Positions 17,938-26,861 of a stretch of 64,000 bases of DNA are shown here, piece by piece. The stretch is from Opitutaceae bacterium (GTDB lineage Bacteria > Verrucomicrobiota > Verrucomicrobiia > Opitutales > Coraliomargaritaceae). The DNA is taken from NCBI GenBank assembly GCA_051252375.1, contig JBPOFY010000001.1, positions 576,001 to 640,000 on the forward strand, given 5' to 3'. Numbering within the stretch: position 1 is the first letter of the stretch; each line of letters starts with the position of its first letter. The notes under the pieces were generated by a model. It saw only the letters and a list, made by a program, of their open reading frames with translations, had not been told where the DNA came from and ran no database searches. Both the position numbers and the translations under genes were made by a program.

Positions 17938-19023
17938 CTAGAACGCTTTTTGCCAGCCGATGGTGACGACGAGGTCGGTTTCTAGCTGCAGCCCGTTGAG
18001 ATCTTGCCAAAGCGGGAGGCGCACATCGGCGGCGATCCGGTGCCCTTTGAGCATGCCTTTGGGCAGGTATAGGTTGAGACCGAAAATGGCGTCGAGGCGC
18101 TCGCCGCCGTAGTTTTCGTTGAAGGCGGTGGTGACCGATCTGCCGTTTGGTCCCATGGTGCCGACGTCTTTTTGCTGACCTTTGAGCTGACCTTTGTGGG
18201 TATAACTTAGACCAGAGTTGATGCCGAGCCAATCGGTCAGGTTGTAGCCTGCCCAGCTGACGAGTTCAAACTCGTGTCCGAGACGGTAGTCGTTGGCATT
18301 TTCACTTTCTAGGCGGAGCACGCCGCGGGCTTGAGCGCCGTAGGACCAAGCTACAAACTGCTGGACGAAGGTGAGCGAGGGCAAGAGGTCGAAGGTGCCG
18401 GAGCCGAGCTGCATCGGGGCAGGCATTTGCTGATTCGTTGCGCCACCCATCGCCGGGAGTTGGTCTTTTTCGTCAATTGAGCCAGTTGGGAGGCTGAGTC
18501 CGAGGCCGAAGTGAGCCTTTCGGTTGTCTTCCAGATAGAAGCGATAGAGCGCGGTTAACTTCAAATCACCGAGCCCGCTGGACTGGGTGGTGAATGTGGT
18601 GTCGCCGCCGTTGATCATGTTGGCCGCCATCTGCGAGACGATACGGTGGTCCATCTCGATATCGATGTAGTTTGCCATCAATGCGAGTGTGAGCTTGTCG
18701 GTGGGCGCATACATCAGACCGAGCATGTGCATGTCCATCGTCATGCTTTCGGGCGCTACAGTATAGCCGCTGGCAAAGACATCGCTGGAACTGATCCGGT
18801 CAGTTCCGGAACGCATGCCGTCCATCTGCATGTTCATGTAGCGGTAGGAGAGCATCCAGCCGTCTTTTGCATGGGTGTGATCGCCCATCACGGAGATGGG
18901 GGCGTGCTCGTCTGGGCGAGGTTGATGGGCTTCGTCCGTTGCGCAGCAACTGAATGTGGGCTGGGCGGAAGTAGCAGTTAGTGTGAGAGAGAGGGAGATG
19001 AGTGATTTTATAAATGTGTGCAT
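17938..19023 (-). CDS. Exported Met/His-rich outer-membrane beta-barrel 'transporter' (MetA-pathway/phenol-degradation-like)
   Basis: Signal peptide, HAPISVMGDHTH, YRYMNMQMDGM, MTMDMHMLGLMY, GLGDLKL, LSLPTG, QLGSGTFD, and a C-terminal Phe (WQKAF). Start at ATG 19023. Confidence 0.75.
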   Translation of the reverse strand: MHTFIKSLISLSLTLTATSAQPTFSCCATDEAHQPRPDEHAPISVMGDHTHAKDGWMLSYRYMNMQMDGMRSGTDRISSSDVFASGYTVAPESMTMDMHMLGLMYAPTDKLTLALMANYIDIEMDHRIVSQMAANMINGGDTTFTTQSSGLGDLKLTALYRFYLEDNRKAHFGLGLSLPTGSIDEKDQLPAMGGATNQQMPAPMQLGSGTFDLLPSLTFVQQFVAWSYGAQARGVLRLESENANDYRLGHEFELVSWAGYNLTDWLGINSGLSYTHKGQLKGQQKDVGTMGPNGRSVTTAFNENYGGERLDAIFGLNLYLPKGMLKGHRIAADVRLPLWQDLNGLQLETDLVVTIGWQKAF

Positions 19024-19143
19024 AGTTGTGCTTAAGTTGCGCGAAGGCACAGTGCCTCCGCATGATTGTAATCTGGTTGAGCAAAGACTCTCTATCCGAG
19101 TCGACGTGACTCGTGGTCTATGCTTCTAAACGTGCGAGATTAC

Positions 19144-19530
19144 TTAAGCTCGAGGTGGAGGTGTCGGCACAAGGCGACACATACTGAGTAGTCGATCTGT
19201 CTGCTCGATGTAAGTCAGCGGCTTTGCCACGGCATGTGCAATGGTGGTGGCGCGCGCCAGCCCAAGCATGAGTTTGATCTCTTTGAGCTTGGTATTTGGT
19301 GCTTCGCTCGGTGTGGATTGCTGGTTGTCTTCTGCGGAATCAATCACGCGGCAAATGTCGCACGGACGTTCGTCGCCAAAAGTTTCTTTGATCGCTTGCT
19401 GCAGTGAACTTTCTTGCGTGTAGCTGACGAGCATCCAAGACCAAGCACCCAACTGCAGCAAAGCCAGCGGCCCAGCCATCAGCCAGGTCGCGAACAAGAG
19501 CAGTGAAATTTGCCAAAATCGTCGAAGCAC
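19144..19530 (-). CDS. Small membrane protein with CxxC and C-terminal PPP (DUF2946/CruR/CutF-like leader protein)
   Basis: N-terminal hydrophobic segment, PCDIC, and C-terminus VPTPPPRA*; co-oriented directly upstream of the barrel gene. Confidence 0.65.
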   Translation of the reverse strand: MLRRFWQISLLLFATWLMAGPLALLQLGAWSWMLVSYTQESSLQQAIKETFGDERPCDICRVIDSAEDNQQSTPSEAPNTKLKEIKLMLGLARATTIAHAVAKPLTYIEQTDRLLSMCRLVPTPPPRA

Positions 19531-19597
19531 GTTGAGGAGCGAATGTGTTTAGTGACTGATGGCGAGCACAGATTCAACGGAAGATTACGGTCCTTTT

Positions 19598-19623
19598 TGT
19601 AAGTGTGAGCCCCTGCTTACGTT
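19598..19623 (+). promoter_or_regulatory. Putative ECF-sigma promoter TGTAAG-N16-CGTT (MFS-lipocalin operon)
   Basis: TGTAAG tgtgagcccctgctta CGTT, 8 nt before GTG 19632, which implies a near-leaderless mRNA. Confidence 0.7.
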
Positions 19624-19631
19624 GTGTCCCC

Positions 19632-20969
19632 GTGAACTTGCCTCCGATTAAAACCATACTCTACCCGACTTATGGCGTCGCCAGCTTGGGTAAAGTGGCT
19701 GTTGAGGTGACGTTACAGCTGTATCTGTTTGATTTCTACACGCGGATACTTGGGCTCAGCCCCATTCTCGCTGGGGCAGCCTTTGCGGTCGCGATCTTGT
19801 GGGATGCTTTGAGTGATGTCATTGTGGGGGCCGGTCTCTTTTCTGCGCGGCGGCGAGGTGTGGCTTACACCACTGTGCTGGGAGTGGGCGTTGTTTTGCT
19901 CGCAGTTACGACAGTGCTTTTGTTTTCACCTTTTTCGACCGGCTCATCCTTTACTTTGTTTCTACACCTACTGGTGGCCTATGTTTTGGTGAATACAGGC
20001 ATGACCTTACTGGACTTGCCGCAAAGCAGTCTAAGTGCCGAGCTTAGCCGGAAAGCTGCCGAACGAAACAAGCTTCTAGCCGCGCGCATGGGGTTCGGTA
20101 TTCTGGGGCTTGCTATTGGGAGTGCGCTTCCGGGCATCTATCTGGCGGGTATTGAGGGTGAACCATCTATGGTTGAGTTGTCTGATTCGCGCCGAGTGAG
20201 TGCTTACTGCTTGGGCGCTTTGGTTCTGGTGACTGGTATGATGACCGCGTTTGGGCTTAAGAAGCGCGAGCGCTTGGCGGAGCATGGAGCGGTCCACTCA
20301 GTGCCGTCATTGGCAGATTTGAAAGCCCTGTTTGCGGACCGTGCATTTGTGCAGATACTGATCGCTGGCGTGATTGCTGCGATTGGGAGGACGGTGAACG
20401 CCGCGCTTGCTTTGATGTATTATCGCTTTGTTTTGGAGCTTTCCGAGGCGCAAGTGACGCAGGCGATTTTTCCGGTATTTACACTCAGCATCGTGCTCTC
20501 GATTCCGCTCTGGATTAAACTGTCCAAGCGGTTTGGTAAAAGGGTGCCAGCGTATATCTCAATTGTTGGTTTGGGCGTGATGGGCATCATTGCATACCCC
20601 ATCCTACCAGCGGGATTGGTCTGGCCCGCCTTGATTGTTTCAGCGATTGGCGGGGTGCTTTGCGGAGCGGTCTTTCTGGTCGACTCAATGATTACTGACT
20701 TGATCGACGCGGATGAGTTGTCGACGGGGAAGCGTAAAGAATCACTTTATTTTGCGGTTTGGAAGAGCGGGCTCAAAGTGGCACGTGCATTAGCATTTGT
20801 GGCTATAGGCGTCGGACTGGAATGGATGGGGCTCGATCTTTCACTAGATGTAATCTCCGGCGCAATGCAGTGGGGTATCATTCTACTTTTTGGCATCTTG
20901 GTCGGGCTCTGTTTTGTCTTGGCTGGCTATTTTATTTATCGGGCCGAAGTGCCTAATCCTACGGAATAA
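19632..20969 (+). CDS. MFS transporter, GPH (glycoside-pentoside-hexuronide) type
   Basis: About 12 hydrophobic segments; WDALSD, LSAELS..ERNKL, ITDLIDADELSTGKRKESLY. Start uncertain (19605 or 19632). Confidence 0.85.
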   Translation: MNLPPIKTILYPTYGVASLGKVAVEVTLQLYLFDFYTRILGLSPILAGAAFAVAILWDALSDVIVGAGLFSARRRGVAYTTVLGVGVVLLAVTTVLLFSPFSTGSSFTLFLHLLVAYVLVNTGMTLLDLPQSSLSAELSRKAAERNKLLAARMGFGILGLAIGSALPGIYLAGIEGEPSMVELSDSRRVSAYCLGALVLVTGMMTAFGLKKRERLAEHGAVHSVPSLADLKALFADRAFVQILIAGVIAAIGRTVNAALALMYYRFVLELSEAQVTQAIFPVFTLSIVLSIPLWIKLSKRFGKRVPAYISIVGLGVMGIIAYPILPAGLVWPALIVSAIGGVLCGAVFLVDSMITDLIDADELSTGKRKESLYFAVWKSGLKVARALAFVAIGVGLEWMGLDLSLDVISGAMQWGIILLFGILVGLCFVLAGYFIYRAEVPNPTE

Positions 20970-20977
20970 AAATAACT

Positions 20978-21561
20978 ATGAAAAAATTAACCTTCAAAAT
21001 TTTAGGTATCTTCGCTATCGTGACGTGTATGAGTTTGCTCAATGGATGCGCTTCCAGTAAGGCGCCGTTGCCGATGGCTAAAGACGTCGATATCGATCGC
21101 TTTATGGGGCGTTGGTATGTGGTCGGATATACGCCGATCCTAGTTGATAAAGCTGCGCACAATGCGATTGAGCACTATCGGCTGGACGATGCAAAAAAGA
21201 TACAAACAACTTACCAATTTCGAGACGGTGGTTTTGATGGCGAGTTGAAGACCCATACGCCTGTTGGCTGGGTGCATGACGAGGCGAATAATGCCGAGTG
21301 GCGTATGCAGTTTATTTGGCCTTTTCGGTCGGACTACATCATCCTGTATGTGGATGCGGAGTATACGCGCACGATCATTGCCCATCCAAATCGAAAGTAT
21401 GCTTGGATCATGCAACGTGAACCTGAAATCAGCGATGCTGACTACGAGGCGATGTTGCAAAAGCTAGAGGTCGTGGGCTATGACCGCAGCGTAATTCTGC
21501 AGCTGCCACAAGACTGGTCGAATGAGGCTGATCGCTTGGAAGACTTAAAGGCGCAGGGGCT

Positions 21562-21565
<4 letters not shown>
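20978..21565 (+). CDS. blc: Outer-membrane lipoprotein lipocalin
   Basis: Lipobox [32 protein letters not shown]. Confidence 0.88.
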
Positions 21566-22754
<1,189 letters not shown>

Positions 22755-22758
<4 letters not shown>

Positions 22759-22774
22759 AGCTAATGAATAATGG
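22755..22774. repeat. Heptamer-repeat arm downstream of the four-helix-bundle gene (overlaps purM start)
   Basis: TCATAGCTAATGAATAATGG; inverted partner at 23151-23170. Confidence 0.7.
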
Positions 22775-22797
22775 CTAAATGGTTTGTTTGAAAGTGA

Positions 22798-23154
22798 TTA
22801 TTTGTTGCGAAGATATTTCGCGAATCCTGCTAGTTGTTTTGAGATCTCTACGCAGTCTTCTGTTCTTAGTTGGGCAATGTCTTCAGAAATGTGTTTCAGG
22901 CGGACAGCAAGTAGATACATGCTTCTCACTTCACCTGTCGAGCCTTTGGCAATATCCAGAAATCTGGAAAATTCGGTGGAGGTGCTTCTTTCGGAGCCTT
23001 CTGCGATATTGTTGGATATGGATATGGCTGCTCGTTTGATCTGATTGGTAAATGAGAAATCCTGAGTGTGCTCAAAGTCGGTATAGACTTTAGCTGCTAA
23101 ATTCTGGGCGTCTTGCCAGACCTTCATTTCGACGAAGTCTTTTAATTTCTCCAT
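22798..23154 (-). CDS. Four-helix-bundle protein (23S rRNA IVP / Avd-like family)
   Basis: MKVWQDA, QIKRAAISISNNIAEGSER, FLDIAKGSTGEVRS. Confidence 0.93.
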   Translation of the reverse strand: MEKLKDFVEMKVWQDAQNLAAKVYTDFEHTQDFSFTNQIKRAAISISNNIAEGSERSTSTEFSRFLDIAKGSTGEVRSMYLLAVRLKHISEDIAQLRTEDCVEISKQLAGFAKYLRNK

Positions 23155-23170
23155 TAGCGCTTAGCTATTA
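23151..23170. repeat. Heptamer-repeat arm upstream of the four-helix-bundle gene (contains plsC stop and its own ATG)
   Basis: Minus strand reads TAATAGC TAAGCGC TAATGG. Confidence 0.7.
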
Positions 23171-23809
23171 GATTGTTTCGTATCGCGGAGCTTGAAGCTC
23201 CGTGATGCGCGCCATGATGCGGCGGGAGGCTTCTAGGTAGCGCTCGGGGTGGGCTTTGCCGGGATCGATTTCGTCTGTGGTCATCGGGCGACCGTAGGCG
23301 ATGTGAATGGGGCCGCCGATTCTTGGTTTTTTGTCGTGGCGGCCAAAGACTTCGTAGGTGCCGAATAGCCGTGTCGGGATGACGGTGGCTTTTGATTTAC
23401 AGGCGATCATGCCGGCTCCGGCCTTGGGCTCCGTGAGTTCTCCGGTGGGTGAGCGGGTGCCTTCGGGGTAGATCGCGATGGCGCCTTTATTTTTTAAGGC
23501 GCGAAAAATGGCTTTGAGCGATGCGACGTCGGCATTCTCGCGAGCCACAGGGATGGCTTCGAGTTTGTGGAGTGCTTTTCCGAGTAGACCTTTGAAGAGC
23601 GTGTCGCGGGCAAAGTAGTTGATGTGCCGCTTAACTTGGCAGCCGATGGCGGGTGGATCGTAAAAACTGATATGATTGGCCGCGAAGATGACGCTCCCTG
23701 ACATGGGCACGTTGGATATGCCGGAGGTGCTGAAGTCGTAAAATGTATTGAAGAACCAGTCCGATGTGATGCGGGTGTAGTTGTAAAATTCTGGAATCTC
23801 GGGAGCCAT
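23168..23809 (-). CDS. plsC: 1-acyl-sn-glycerol-3-phosphate acyltransferase
   Basis: NHISFYDP (HX4D), YPEGTRS. Confidence 0.9.
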   Translation of the reverse strand: MAPEIPEFYNYTRITSDWFFNTFYDFSTSGISNVPMSGSVIFAANHISFYDPPAIGCQVKRHINYFARDTLFKGLLGKALHKLEAIPVARENADVASLKAIFRALKNKGAIAIYPEGTRSPTGELTEPKAGAGMIACKSKATVIPTRLFGTYEVFGRHDKKPRIGGPIHIAYGRPMTTDEIDPGKAHPERYLEASRRIMARITELQAPRYETI

Positions 23810-23818
23810 CAATTAAAA

Positions 23819-24481
23819 TTAGGGATTAAGTATCAGCTTGGCGATTTTTTCGATCACCTCTTCGAGGGTGAAGGGTGCAGTATCGACCTGGGTCGCTCCT
23901 TCGGGGCAGACGAGTGGGGCGGTTTTTCGAGTTTTATCCATTTGATCGCGGGCGGCAATCGAGTCGGTTTGACCTTCGTTGGCGCGCCGGGCGGCTCGTG
24001 TGGCTTCGTCGGCATGTAGGAAAAAGCGATGGTCGGCATCGGGAAAAATGATGGATCCGATGTCGCGGCCTTCCATGATCAAGCCGGTGTAGTTCGCGCT
24101 CCGAGCGACTTCGGCAAGGGAACGCTGATAGTTGAACAGCTTCTGACGGACGGTTTCGATGGCGGCAAATTTTGAGACGTTTGCGTTGACCTCGGGGGAT
24201 CGGATCGCGCTGTCTGCGGGCACTTCGGCATTGATGCTGAGTCGGGCGCTGCGGCCTTCGAGGGTGGTGTCGAGCGAAAGTGCCCCTAGTAGCTCCGAGA
24301 TGTTGTCACTTTCAGGGGAGGCTCCGACCTTGAGCATGGCATAGGTGAGCGTGCGATAATGTGCGCCGGTATCGACGTGCATTAAATCGAGTTTATCGGC
24401 GAGACCTCTGGAAGTGGAGGACTTCCCTGTGGCTGCGCCGCCGTCGATGGCGATGATTTTAAAGTCTGAAGGTGAGGACAT
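23819..24481 (-). CDS. cmk: Cytidylate kinase
   Basis: IAIDGGAATGKSS, DTGAHYR, MEGRDIGS, RDQMD..RKTAPL. Confidence 0.93.
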   Translation of the reverse strand: MSSPSDFKIIAIDGGAATGKSSTSRGLADKLDLMHVDTGAHYRTLTYAMLKVGASPESDNISELLGALSLDTTLEGRSARLSINAEVPADSAIRSPEVNANVSKFAAIETVRQKLFNYQRSLAEVARSANYTGLIMEGRDIGSIIFPDADHRFFLHADEATRAARRANEGQTDSIAARDQMDKTRKTAPLVCPEGATQVDTAPFTLEEVIEKIAKLILNP

Positions 24482-24495
24482 GTTGTTTGATCGAA

Positions 24496-25851
24496 CTAAG
24501 CTCCGCGCAATGTGTCGAGAACTTCAAAGAAATTTGGGAAGGTTTTTCCACAACAGGCCGGATCGTTGATGGCTAACCAAGGTTGCCCGTCGTCGAGTAG
24601 GTCGTAACTGCCGAGGATGGCAAAGCTCATCGCGAAGCGGTGGTCTTCGTAGGTGTCGATAGTGAGTAGTTGGCCGCTGTTACGTGCTTTGAGTGCGCGG
24701 GCACGTAGTTCGTTTGGCTTGATCGCGATGGTTAGGGCGTCCTCCTCTTCTTTGACGAGTTGCCCGAGTTTGGAGAGTTCCGCGGCCATGCCCGCGATGC
24801 GGTCTGTTTCTTGGCGACGGGTGTGACCGATGCCGCAGATGCGGACGGAGCCACCTAATAAGGGCGAGCTCGCGGCGTAGGTGAGAAAGGTGTCTGAAAT
24901 CGTATTGAAGTCGATTTCGCGGTGACCTCGCTGGATGTCTAGTGGGTCGGCGCAAGCGACGGTCCATTCGTTGTTTTCAGCGTCGACGCGTAGACCATGA
25001 TGGGAAAGGACGTCGACGAAGTGGGCATCGCCCTGTAAAGGGTCGGCGCTGATCTTTGGTATTTTCAGCGTGCCGCCTTGAATCATTGTCAATGCGAGGA
25101 AGTAGCTGGCTGCTGAAAGGTCGGGTTCAATGTCGTAATGGCCGGGGCTTTTGTATTTAGCTGCAGCGAGGGTGTATTGTCCGTCTTCGGTCGGTTCGAG
25201 GGCGGCGGCGCCAAACGCTTCACGCATTTTCAAGGTGATCGCTACGTAGGACGGGCGCACGTTGTCGCAGGTCAATGTTAGCTCTCCAGAGCCTGCTGGG
25301 GCGGCGAGTAGCAAGGCTGACAGTATTTGGCTACTGCTGCTGGCGTCGACGCGAGCCGAGCCGCCCTTGTAGCCTTTGGTTTTCATTGTGAATGGGAAGT
25401 GCCCAGCTTCTTCGTGGAATTCAAATTCGGCTGCATCTAGTTCAACGAGTGCATCGAGCAGACCGGACATGGGTCGCTCGCGCATGGCTGGGTCGCTGTC
25501 CAGTTTGTAGGTGCCGCCTTCTGAGAGCGCGAGAAAGGCTGTGAGAAAGCGGGCTGCAGTTCCAGCGTTGCCAACCTGGAGCTCAGCGTTTTTGGATGGA
25601 ATGGATCCGCCTTCACCTTGAACGGTGATTGTTTCAGCAGCTTCATCAGCCGAGCACTTAAAACCAAGTGCTTCGAGTGCGGTGAGCATGATTCGAGTGT
25701 CGCGACTGAAGAGTGCACCTTCGAGGCAGGTTTCTCCTTCTGCGAGTGCTGCAAGAATGAGCGCTCGGTTTGTAATGCTTTTTGAGCCAGGTAATTTGAC
25801 GCTGGAGTTGAGCTGCTTGGTAAAAGGCTGGATGGGTAGTGTGTCGGTCAT
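24496..25851 (-). CDS. aroA: 3-phosphoshikimate 1-carboxyvinyltransferase
   Basis: PGSKSITNRAL, GNAGTAARF, ERPM, SSQILSALL, QETDRI, DHRFAMSF, KTFPNFF. Confidence 0.96.
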   Translation of the reverse strand: MTDTLPIQPFTKQLNSSVKLPGSKSITNRALILAALAEGETCLEGALFSRDTRIMLTALEALGFKCSADEAAETITVQGEGGSIPSKNAELQVGNAGTAARFLTAFLALSEGGTYKLDSDPAMRERPMSGLLDALVELDAAEFEFHEEAGHFPFTMKTKGYKGGSARVDASSSSQILSALLLAAPAGSGELTLTCDNVRPSYVAITLKMREAFGAAALEPTEDGQYTLAAAKYKSPGHYDIEPDLSAASYFLALTMIQGGTLKIPKISADPLQGDAHFVDVLSHHGLRVDAENNEWTVACADPLDIQRGHREIDFNTISDTFLTYAASSPLLGGSVRICGIGHTRRQETDRIAGMAAELSKLGQLVKEEEDALTIAIKPNELRARALKARNSGQLLTIDTYEDHRFAMSFAILGSYDLLDDGQPWLAINDPACCGKTFPNFFEVLDTLRGA

Positions 25852-25882
25852 TGTCGAGTTGCGAGATCGGGGTTGTGAGAGC

Positions 25883-26728
25883 TTAGGAAAGTTGGTCGCG
25901 GTATTTTTTGCCCTGCTCTAGGATTGCTGTTAGCGCGTGTGATTCGTTGTTGAGCAGAGCGGCTTTGAGTTGTTGTAGCTCATTTTCGAAGGCGTCTATG
26001 GAGCGCAGGACTTCTTCGCGGTTTTGCTCTAAGATTTGCTTCCAGAGTTGGGGGTCGCCTGCCGCGACACGTGTGCTGTCCCGTAGGCCGCCACCTGAAA
26101 AATGGCGCCAATTAGGCTCTTTCTTCGCAAGGAGGCTGCAGAGAGTTGAGGCCAGGAGGTGTGGGAGATGGCTGATATGCGCGACGATTTCGTCGTGTTC
26201 TTCAGGAGAGACCGTTGCTAAACGCATGCCGAGGGCTTCCCAGAAGTTCATGAGGCGCGCGATTTCTGTGTCCGGAGCGTCGGGCAATGGTGTGATTAGA
26301 CAGGCGGCATCTTGGAAGAGATCGACACGTGCATGCTCCATACCGCTGTTTTCAGAGCCCGCCATCGGGTGTGAGCCAATAAATACGGAAGCGCCGGAGA
26401 GTGCGGCCGAGGCATGACGGCAGATTAGGCTCTTAGTGCTGCCAACGTCGGTGATGAGCGTGCCGGGTTTCAATGTGGCACTTATTTGTTCGATAATCGG
26501 GACAATCGTTTCAACAGGCGTGCATAGGACGACGAAGTCGCTGCCCGCAACCGCTTCGGCGGGTGTCTCAAAAACGGCATCGCACCAATCCGCTTGTATG
26601 CATTTGGCTCGTGTCTCCGCTCGGCGCGACCATGCGTGCACCGATTTGGCTAGCCCTTTTTCCTTAACGGCCATCGCCAAAGACGCCCCGAGGAGGCCTG
26701 GCCCAAGTATGGTAATCTGCTCAAACAT
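25883..26728 (-). CDS. tyrA: Prephenate/arogenate dehydrogenase
   Basis: GPGLLGASL, TDVGSTK, GSHPMAGSE, HDEIVAHISHLPH, GLRDSTRVA; start at ATG 26728. Confidence 0.92.
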   Translation of the reverse strand: MFEQITILGPGLLGASLAMAVKEKGLAKSVHAWSRRAETRAKCIQADWCDAVFETPAEAVAGSDFVVLCTPVETIVPIIEQISATLKPGTLITDVGSTKSLICRHASAALSGASVFIGSHPMAGSENSGMEHARVDLFQDAACLITPLPDAPDTEIARLMNFWEALGMRLATVSPEEHDEIVAHISHLPHLLASTLCSLLAKKEPNWRHFSGGGLRDSTRVAAGDPQLWKQILEQNREEVLRSIDAFENELQQLKAALLNNESHALTAILEQGKKYRDQLS

Positions 26729-26861
26729 GTTGGTGTAGTTGAAACTTTCTTTCTGATTTGAAGTCGAGTGATAAAAAGGAGTTCTGCCTTTTGCCTTGCG
26801 ACTAGGGTAATAGGGGCTCATTTAGGCAGACCGTATTTTTAGTGCCAGCCCGAATTATTCT

